A DNA stretch of 47,552 bases from an uncultured Syntrophomonadaceae bacterium (GTDB lineage: Bacteria; Bacillota; Dethiobacteria; PWVN01), in NCBI GenBank assembly GCA_964646795.1, contig CAZYHL010000001.1:1-47552 (forward strand). The letters run 5' to 3'. The notes beneath the pieces are model-generated. The model saw only the letters and a program-made list of their open reading frames with translations. It ran no database searches and was not told the origin of the DNA. This document shows, piece after piece, positions 42,154 through 47,552 of the stretch (within the stretch, counting starts at the first letter, position 1; each line of letters starts with the position of its first letter). The translations under genes and the position numbers were made by a program.

Positions 42154-42218
42154 TCCCGGCTAACTTGACCACACTGAAACAAGTTACTTACGTCTTGGAG
42201 TTACCCAAGAACCGGGAA
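42152..42218 (-). other. structured intergenic element (closing stem plus two internal hairpins)
   Basis: cttcccgg (42152-59) pairs with ccgggaag (42211-18). Internal stems are taacttg/caagtta and cttgg/ccaag. It is not tRNA-shaped. Confidence 0.4.
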
Positions 42219-42226
42219 GAGGTTAG

Positions 42227-42670
42227 TTAGTAACTATCCGCCTTAGCAGCCGATCCACTCTGCGGAACCACGTATTTGGAAATAAAGTTCTTATCCCCAA
42301 ACTCTTCGTCCTTCTGCACACCAAGAATAGCCCAGCCTTTCTTACCTGGGAGGTCGTCGAAGTTGAATTTCTTCAGATCGAGACCAAAGCAGGCAACGAA
42401 CTGCTGGAAGTTATAATTGTTCTTCTGCCGCTGTTTCTCGTCCAACTTGGCATTGTCCAGAGGGTTCCAAAAGAAGGCATTGAATTCCTTAGCCATTGGA
42501 TCACTGGGGACATCGAAGGAAGGCATAAACCAGCGGCAGTTATTCCTGTCACTGACACCTTCACGGATATTAGTGATGCGGATCTGCACTTCACTTCCCT
42601 TGTCAAGAATATGAGGTGCCGGTGCATCGAGGATTTCTTTTTCTACATTTGAAAAGTCCATAAAGCTCAT
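42227..42670 (-). CDS. putative ssDNA-binding protein (DUF669-like), partner of the Sak4-like ATPase
   Basis: 147 aa, immediately downstream of the AAA_24-type ATPase module as in many phages. Weak eye-level similarity only. Confidence 0.4.
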   Translation of the reverse strand: MSFMDFSNVEKEILDAPAPHILDKGSEVQIRITNIREGVSDRNNCRWFMPSFDVPSDPMAKEFNAFFWNPLDNAKLDEKQRQKNNYNFQQFVACFGLDLKKFNFDDLPGKKGWAILGVQKDEEFGDKNFISKYVVPQSGSAAKADSY

Positions 42671-42696
42671 ACTAGGTGTTCTCCTTGTTGGTTGTT

Positions 42697-42721
42697 AGTT
42701 TGTACAAATTTTGGATGAACT
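42697..42721. repeat. PAL25 copy (intergenic)
   Basis: agtttgtacaaattttggatgaact. The right end overlaps the minus-strand TAG stop at 42720-42722. Confidence 0.9.
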
Positions 42722-43094
42722 ATTCATCCTGTTCGTTTAAAAGCTTCTTAGCATTGAAGACTTCTTTGTCTTTAGTTAGCTTAGTTAGGCAAGCATCACA
42801 GATAAAACCTTCTTTATCTGTATATTCTTTTTCCCAACTATGCTTATGCGGATAGGTTCTATTGGTGCAGGACTGGATGTCAAATACTCCTTGGCACTGG
42901 CAACAGTTTACAATAGTCTCTTTAGTGTCTCTATCATAGACTGAGAATGATCCTTTGCCGTCAGTAAACCTAACTCCAGAATCAGATATTTTAACATCTG
43001 ACCCTTTAGCAAAGTCCATTAGAGCTTTGTCTCTGGACTGTACATCAGAAAACTCTATTCCAATATCTCCAATACGTAAGCCAAATTTTTTCAT
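42720..43094 (-). CDS. Cys/His-rich metal-binding protein (124 aa)
   Basis: CCQCQ....C......H.H ... CDAC cluster. Confidence 0.6.
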   Translation of the reverse strand: MKKFGLRIGDIGIEFSDVQSRDKALMDFAKGSDVKISDSGVRFTDGKGSFSVYDRDTKETIVNCCQCQGVFDIQSCTNRTYPHKHSWEKEYTDKEGFICDACLTKLTKDKEVFNAKKLLNEQDE

Positions 43095-43096
43095 AC

Positions 43097-43951
43097 TTAT
43101 TCTCCCTTGATAGTATCCAACCTAGGTTTATCCTCGTCAGGCATACCTACCTTACGAAGTAAAGACTTAATGTCTGCAGGTTCTTTGACGTTGAGCATGT
43201 TACTTCCCTTAAGACGAGAACGAGCTTGATACTCACCTTGAGCTTCTGTGAGTAAGTATCGTTCAAGTCCTCCAGGATGGTCTTCTGTTTGAAGTACATA
43301 GACTTCATCAAATAGAAGAGGGATGGTTATTACAGCTTTGCCAATTGTTAAGAAGCGATAGTTATCCTCAGTACGTCTGACCCCGGTTTTAGTATCCACT
43401 GCAAGAACCTTTTCTTTCTTATCAAGATGTCCAATAAGGAAGAAGTCACAAGGAATGGACATGAGTTTTTTGATATAGATCTGCATGTCATTCTTGACAG
43501 GGACGTAGTCTTTAGACCACTGAGGAACGCCACCATTTGTTTGGCCATACATAGCGGAAGCAGACCAGGAGGTTGCACTGTCAATAGCGTAGGTGCCGAA
43601 GTACTTGAAGTATCCAGTTTGGATACGATAGTCTACAGCTTTCTTCCATTTGGCAAAGCGGTCAGGGGAGAGAGGATCTTCATCTTCCCACTGGGTGTCA
43701 ACTATGATGTCGCCAGAATCTATCCACTTCTTAAGGCACTTTGTTCCGCCAGGATCGAAGCTGTCGATGTGAATAGGACGACGACAGCTACGGAGTAGGT
43801 AAGTCTTACCAGAACCAGATTCTCCAATAACTAATGCGCTAAATCGTTTTTGGAGGAAGTCCTGTTCGTAGTAAGTGCGAACTTTGTTGAGTTCGTTTAG
43901 GATGTTTGAGTTAGACAACTGATGCTTCCTTTCTAGGTTGAATAGCCTCAC
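43097..43951 (-). CDS. sak4: Sak4-like (AAA_24) RecA-fold recombination ATPase
   Basis: Walker A VIGESGSGKTYLL and Walker B-like FFLIGHLD. The start is uncertain: GTG at 43951, or TTG near 43918, because the upstream 52-aa ORF overlaps. Confidence 0.65.
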   Translation of the reverse strand: MRLFNLERKHQLSNSNILNELNKVRTYYEQDFLQKRFSALVIGESGSGKTYLLRSCRRPIHIDSFDPGGTKCLKKWIDSGDIIVDTQWEDEDPLSPDRFAKWKKAVDYRIQTGYFKYFGTYAIDSATSWSASAMYGQTNGGVPQWSKDYVPVKNDMQIYIKKLMSIPCDFFLIGHLDKKEKVLAVDTKTGVRRTEDNYRFLTIGKAVITIPLLFDEVYVLQTEDHPGGLERYLLTEAQGEYQARSRLKGSNMLNVKEPADIKSLLRKVGMPDEDKPRLDTIKGE

Positions 43952-44069
43952 TTAAACGCTTGTATAGAGCATGCTCAGCTACTCCATAAAGATGTACTGG
44001 AAGTATTTCAAGGACTTCAAATACTGTAACTATCTCTTCCCAAGAAAGTGTGAATGGTTCTTCTCCCAT
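43911..44069 (-). CDS. hypothetical 52-aa protein (below the track cutoff)
   Basis: Manual translation: MGEEPFTLSWEEIVTVFEVLEILPVHLYGVAEHALYKRLSEAIQPRKEASVV. AGGAG 6 nt upstream. Confidence 0.5.
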   Translation of the reverse strand: MGEEPFTLSWEEIVTVFEVLEILPVHLYGVAEHALYKRLSEAIQPRKEASVV

Positions 44070-44078
44070 TGTGGTCTC

Positions 44079-45080
44079 CTATTGTGGAAATGAAAGTTCA
44101 AGTTTAACTTTAGTTTCAGCCTCCTCAGGGTTCCAAAACTCTTCGCGGTATCCCAGTGGAGGATTACCACATCTTTGAAGTGGATTAGTCCATGATAAAC
44201 AGAAGTCATGGAAGGTACAGCCTCGATAGTCACCACAGGATTTAGGATTCTGCCTGAAGGCAAAGAGCAAGTTATCCTCTATGTTGCAGTGGTGAAGCCT
44301 ATCCATGTCTATCTCTAATTCATTAACTATCTCATTCACGTTCCAGAGCCAAGTGTTCATTTGGCTAGGATTCTTAAACGCTGGTACTCGCCTAAGAGTT
44401 GCATGATACCCTGCCGAACGAGCAGAACTGCCTCTAGAGAGGTACTCAAAGCCTGTTCCACAGAACTCTATGCCGAGTACATCTTCGATTGGATATAGAC
44501 AGTACAGGCAATGGGTGTAAGTTCCATTCTGGATTGAGAGATAGAATTGGTTTGCCCACTGGTCGTTATTGATATACTTGCCAGAAGTACTCTTATGATC
44601 CCAGGAGAAAATCTTCCTATCTTTCAATCTACGAATATGTGAGTCCATTTTGTAATGGAGTTTACGTTTCTCACTGATAGGAACAGTACCTGAGATTTCA
44701 GTGAGTTTTACACCGTCTTTTTCGACAACCTCGTAGTCAATTAGGTCATTGCTCCTTTCTTGGGCGAACTTGATGAGTGCCTTGAGAACGCCCATAGGTG
44801 TCTTCGGCTGATACATTTCATCAGTGGCTTCATCGAACTGGAGGCGGTAGTATTGGAGGAACTTGGTGAAGGCACCATCTACGTCGTTGTAGCCATATAA
44901 CAACTGGTGTTCACGAGCTATATGCCAAGCTTGGCCAAAATACAAGTCATGAGCTGGCAAGTCACGACGCCAGCCTAGAATGTGCTCGTAGAAGTACTTA
45001 CGAGGACAGGAGATATAGGTATCTAACTTAGATGAGTCATAGATATTCCACTCAGGTTTTGAGGTAAGAGGAAAAGTCAT
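44079..45080 (-). CDS. PD-(D/E)XK exonuclease, Cas4/RecB-like with C-terminal Cys cluster
   Basis: N-terminal ISCPRKYFYEHILGW motif. C-terminal C..YRGC.F.DFC cysteines typical of Cas4-like Fe-S nucleases. Confidence 0.75.
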   Translation of the reverse strand: MTFPLTSKPEWNIYDSSKLDTYISCPRKYFYEHILGWRRDLPAHDLYFGQAWHIAREHQLLYGYNDVDGAFTKFLQYYRLQFDEATDEMYQPKTPMGVLKALIKFAQERSNDLIDYEVVEKDGVKLTEISGTVPISEKRKLHYKMDSHIRRLKDRKIFSWDHKSTSGKYINNDQWANQFYLSIQNGTYTHCLYCLYPIEDVLGIEFCGTGFEYLSRGSSARSAGYHATLRRVPAFKNPSQMNTWLWNVNEIVNELEIDMDRLHHCNIEDNLLFAFRQNPKSCGDYRGCTFHDFCLSWTNPLQRCGNPPLGYREEFWNPEEAETKVKLELSFPQ

Positions 45081-45232
45081 TTTACCTCCACTATAACTAG
45101 TGGTCCTCTAGACTCATAGTAGATATCATCTACTAAGAATTCCTGACCTCCACTATCTTGAATCTCAACTGGTAAATCAAGGTCATCTTGACACTGGACT
45201 TTTAGCCTTCTAATGAGTTCAGCTATAGTCAT
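45077..45232 (-). CDS. hypothetical 51-aa protein (below the track cutoff)
   Basis: Manual translation: MTIAELIRRLKVQCQDDLDLPVEIQDSGGQEFLVDDIYYESRGPLVIVEVK. ATGA overlap with the nuclease start. Confidence 0.55.
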   Translation of the reverse strand: MTIAELIRRLKVQCQDDLDLPVEIQDSGGQEFLVDDIYYESRGPLVIVEVK

Positions 45233-45234
45233 AA

Positions 45235-45414
45235 CTATCCTTTCTTCATAAGTTGAATGTCTAGCAATTCTTGAGTGAGGCGGAGGATTCTTTGGTGTAA
45301 TTCTTCTATATAAAGAATAGAAGTATTCAACGATTCAGGAGGCAAGTTATCTTTCATTAGCTTACCTTTAAGTGCATCCCTCCTCCACTGGCGAAGAGTT
45401 CGTTCAGTTATCAT
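45235..45414 (-). CDS. hypothetical 59-aa protein (below the track cutoff)
   Basis: Manual translation: MITERTLRQWRRDALKGKLMKDNLPPESLNTSILYIEELHQRILRLTQELLDIQLMKKG. ATGA overlap with the upstream stop. Confidence 0.55.
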   Translation of the reverse strand: MITERTLRQWRRDALKGKLMKDNLPPESLNTSILYIEELHQRILRLTQELLDIQLMKKG

Positions 45415-45731
45415 TTCCCTAATCCTTTCTGTTTAACCAAGTTAGCCAAACCTTGAGGCATTTCGGTAGTTTTGACGGCATCACTAGAACGTCTATCTCC
45501 AGGATCGAAAGTAGGTGTTGGGTTTAGATCGTTCAATTTTTGTACGAACTTGCCGAATACAGGTGCAGGGACAGGATCTGGAGTGATACCAAGGGATTCC
45601 AAATCCTTAAATTCCTGACAGTTATGTGGAGAGACTAACATGATAACCTTCTCGGAAAGCTGAGCAGTGGCTTTGGTGGTTATCTTGAGTTCTACTCCAC
45701 ACTCGGAACATCGTAGTTTACGATCAGCCAT
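45411..45731 (-). CDS. hypothetical protein with N-terminal CxxC (106 aa)
   Basis: Start revised to the ATG at 45731 (MADRKLRCSECGVELK...), with AGGAG 7 nt upstream. The longer track ORF overlaps the HIRAN gene. Confidence 0.6.
   Translation of the reverse strand: MADRKLRCSECGVELKITTKATAQLSEKVIMLVSPHNCQEFKDLESLGITPDPVPAPVFGKFVQKLNDLNPTPTFDPGDRRSSDAVKTTEMPQGLANLVKQKGLGK
45526..45550. repeat. PAL25 copy inside a minus-strand CDS
   Basis: agatcgttcaatttttgtacgaact. On the minus strand it codes KFVQKLNDL. Confidence 0.8.
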
Positions 45732-45741
45732 TTTTGAACTC

Positions 45742-46188
45742 CTATTCATCATCTCTTTCGAGTAAGTTGTCTTTAGCAAAGTCTTCATTTTCAGTAAGTT
45801 CGTCAGGATCATCTGGCTCTTCATAGCCATCGTCGTCGAGATCATCAATCTCTTCTTCAGATAGAAGGTCCTCTTCCTCATTAAAGGTTTTAACTACTAC
45901 CTCACACTGATAAGACTTCTCTCCATTGGCAACTACGATGCAAATCAAAGGTTCGAGTTCCATAGCTACGGAGATTTCAGATGAGATTACTTTGGGAACG
46001 TAGCCTATGTGATGAGTATCTCCGAAGTCATCTTCGTAGATAATCTTGATGGCGTTAGGATCGTAGACATTAGTAGGCTCAGCCTCAAGTGAGAGAATCT
46101 GACCCTCCTCAAGACCTTTGACTAACTCTACTATATCACGACCTCGGTATTGAACACCAGCGATAAAGAACTTACGATTGACAGTCAT
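45742..46188 (-). CDS. HIRAN-domain protein with long acidic tail
   Basis: FFIAGVQYRG....L..G..L.LE.EPTN.YDPNAIKI......IGYVP is the HIRAN pattern. The C-terminal ~45 aa are Asp/Glu-rich. Confidence 0.65.
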   Translation of the reverse strand: MTVNRKFFIAGVQYRGRDIVELVKGLEEGQILSLEAEPTNVYDPNAIKIIYEDDFGDTHHIGYVPKVISSEISVAMELEPLICIVVANGEKSYQCEVVVKTFNEEEDLLSEEEIDDLDDDGYEEPDDPDELTENEDFAKDNLLERDDE

Positions 46189-46340
46189 TAGTTTTTCTCC
46201 TTTAGTTTAGTGTAAAAATCACCTTTGTACTCGATGGATTTTAGGTACTGTATAACACTGTAGGATTTACACTCGATAACTCCTCCAGCAGGGATGATGC
46301 CTGTTAAGTGGCATAGGAAATCTTTAAGCCAGTTACGCAT
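46188..46340 (-). CDS. hypothetical 50-aa protein (below the track cutoff)
   Basis: Manual translation: MRNWLKDFLCHLTGIIPAGGVIECKSYSVIQYLKSIEYKGDFYTKLKEKN. ATGCGTAA overlap with the ligase stop and TAATG overlap with the HIRAN start. Confidence 0.5.
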   Translation of the reverse strand: MRNWLKDFLCHLTGIIPAGGVIECKSYSVIQYLKSIEYKGDFYTKLKEKN

Positions 46341-47181
46341 TTACCTTAACCTCCACGAAGACAGGAAATCTAGGCACTTTCTTTCCTGAAGTTATATGCT
46401 GATACTTCACGGTGGCACGTTGTCCGATGATGAGGTCTCTTCCTTCCCAGAGTTGTTTTCTTCTATCATCTGTGAATCCTGTCCCAACATTGAAGACGTT
46501 ACCATCACCACTGCGACAGATAATAGCGCCGAGAGTATCTTTCGGCGTCCCATACTGGTCAACTTCTTCTTGGAATCCAATGATGTCATAGTCGTCCCGT
46601 TGTTTAGGTTTGAACTTCATTACTAAAGTTGAACGCTTACGTTCGTAGTAGTTTTCAATGTTACGGACTATGATACCTTCGTAGCCTTGGTTGATTAATG
46701 AGTCGTATACTCGAGTTATTTCGTCGAGATTATTGCATAAGAAGTAAGGAGACTTGACTAATGGTTCCTTGATGGCTAACTCTTTTAATTGAATAAGGCG
46801 CCGTGCCTGTATATCTTCATTGACTATGTCAAATACGTGATATTGCATAGATTGAAACTGAGGATGGAGGTTGACAGTGCGTGAGACTATTCCATGGACA
46901 AGTTCATGATTCATTCCGTGACAATACAACTCTCCATCAAGTTCAGATGGTAAATTTATACTGTTGTCATCTAAGTACTGATTAATGTGTGGACATGAAG
47001 ATATGATGTTTTCCTCAGATGACAACAGAATGAAGTTACCACTTGCGAGCTTGACAGCTCTACATCTATCACCGTCGTACTTCGGCTGTACTATATATGG
47101 TGGAGACCATTTAGCTAAACGCTTCTCCTCGAATGGATAACACTTCATGATGTTCTTCCATCGTTGCCACTGTTCGCCCAC
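46333..47181 (-). CDS. ATP-dependent DNA ligase
   Basis: Motif I KYDGDR, motif III LDGELY, motif IV EGIIVR, motif V MKFKPK. The start is probably GTG at 47181, 5 nt after the GGAGG supplied by PAL25 (the track start at 47193 lies inside the element). Confidence 0.9.
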   Translation of the reverse strand: MGEQWQRWKNIMKCYPFEEKRLAKWSPPYIVQPKYDGDRCRAVKLASGNFILLSSEENIISSCPHINQYLDDNSINLPSELDGELYCHGMNHELVHGIVSRTVNLHPQFQSMQYHVFDIVNEDIQARRLIQLKELAIKEPLVKSPYFLCNNLDEITRVYDSLINQGYEGIIVRNIENYYERKRSTLVMKFKPKQRDDYDIIGFQEEVDQYGTPKDTLGAIICRSGDGNVFNVGTGFTDDRRKQLWEGRDLIIGQRATVKYQHITSGKKVPRFPVFVEVKVNA

Positions 47182-47182
47182 C

Positions 47183-47207
47183 AGTCCCTCCAAATTATGT
47201 ATGAACT
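47183..47207. repeat. PAL25 copy (intergenic, CCTCC variant)
   Basis: agtccctccaaattatgtatgaact. Supplies the GGAGG for the ligase gene on the minus strand. Confidence 0.85.
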
Positions 47208-47250
47208 GTTCCTAATTGTAAAATTTGGTGCCTCATTACACATTTTAAAA

Positions 47251-47281
47251 GGGCCTACTGAGAACCACTCTCAGTAGACCC
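47251..47281 (-). terminator. rho-independent terminator after the junction-spanning gene
   Basis: 13-bp stem gggcctactgaga/tctcagtagaccc (one mismatch) with a 5-nt loop. The minus strand continues tttt (plus-strand aaaa at 47247-47250). Confidence 0.7.
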
Positions 47282-47307
47282 TTAGCACATTCTAGTTGTT
47301 GGAAAAG

Positions 47308-47552
47308 TTACTTCATCAATTCCTGGATGAACGCCTTCCGCTGTTCAGGAGTCAAGGTCTTCATGAAAGCGATAGCATTGGCCTTAGGATCAGCCGCAAT
47401 CTTAGCAGAAGCGACGCCCATTTTGGAAGCGCCAAGATCAGCCTGGATTTGATCCTGCGATTGGCCCTTCTTAAGTCGAGAGCGCATATTGCCCTGCAGC
47501 GTGATAACCCAGTTGGCCTTCGCATTGCTCAGAATAGCCTTTTCTCCAAACT
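47308..47552 (-). CDS. C-terminal part of the junction-spanning 127-aa gene (see 1..194)
   Basis: TAA stop at 47308-47310. Bases 47498-47552 duplicate 1-55. Confidence 0.7.
   Translation of the reverse strand, partial: FGEKAILSNAKANWVITLQGNMRSRLKKGQSQDQIQADLGASKMGVASAKIAADPKANAIAFMKTLTPEQRKAFIQELMK

Noticed and set aside
42152-42218. tRNA or tRNA-like gene
   Set aside because: It has only two internal hairpins, no T-arm GTTCRA-like motif, and an anticodon-type loop of the wrong size. No other tRNA-like sequence was seen anywhere in the window.
868-47207. PAL25 as rho-independent terminators, or as a LexA/Cheo (GAAC-N4-GTTC), CRP, Fur or parS site
   Set aside because: No T tract follows the copies, and many sit directly before start codons. 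The half-site order (GTTC...GAAC, 15 nt apart; TACA...TGTA) and spacing do not match the consensus sites I know.
1-47552. Alternative genetic code / stop-codon reassignment
   Set aside because: Long ORFs (up to 2034 aa) are intact under the standard code, and all three stops are used as terminators. The single in-frame TAA at 474-476 is isolated.
1-47552. CRISPR array, integrase/attachment site, diversity-generating retroelement, transposase
   Set aside because: There are no spaced direct-repeat arrays. No tyrosine/serine recombinase, reverse transcriptase or transposase motifs appear in any ORF. The repeated NNDKTGY motif in the fibre is a protein repeat with different codons, not a template/variable repeat pair.

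Overview
The window is a complete, circularly closed dsDNA phage genome. Bases 1-55 are identical to 47498-47552, so the unique unit is 47,497 bp, and one gene reads through the junction. Genes are tightly packed, with many ATGA/TAATG start-stop overlaps, and form two divergent arms that leave a control region at 4029-4861 and converge at a strong terminator near 35,000. The rightward arm (4862-34963) carries an HTH protein, a lysis cassette, an accessory FN3/dockerin plus glycosyltransferase/radical-SAM cassette, TerL, a GC-rich fibre module, portal, scaffold, major capsid protein, tail/receptor-binding proteins and a 2034-aa virion protein. The leftward arm runs from 4440 down through 1, then from 47497 down to 35120. 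It carries many small early proteins, several of them 4-Cys zinc ribbons. It also carries a replication/recombination/nucleotide module: ATP-dependent ligase, HIRAN protein, Cas4-like nuclease, Sak4-like ATPase, SSB-like protein, DUF1599-like protein, dCMP deaminase, ParB-methyltransferase, UDG-like/PolA fusion, MazG and a P-loop helicase-like protein. I found no integrase, repressor, tRNA, CRISPR array, tape-measure or sheath gene, and no recognisable RNA polymerase, so this is probably a virulent short-tailed phage of unknown host with strong GGAGG ribosome sites. The most striking signal is not a gene. It is a 25-nt quasi-palindrome (here called PAL25; arm AGWYCNTMCA, 5 A/T, arm TGKANGRWCT) present in at least 22 copies. 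It punctuates gene boundaries, often embeds the TAG stop of the upstream gene or the Shine-Dalgarno of the next gene, also occurs inside 6 ORFs (7 copies), and sits next to compositional mosaic junctions. Other notable items are a B12-type radical-SAM/GT2 fusion in a cassette bracketed by PAL25-derived direct repeats, a secreted FN3-dockerin protein next to a possible cohesin-like protein, extreme GC heterogeneity (about 60% versus about 27%) between two receptor-binding modules, and a family of early promoters that share a spacer box. All functional calls come from reading the translations by eye. No database search was run.
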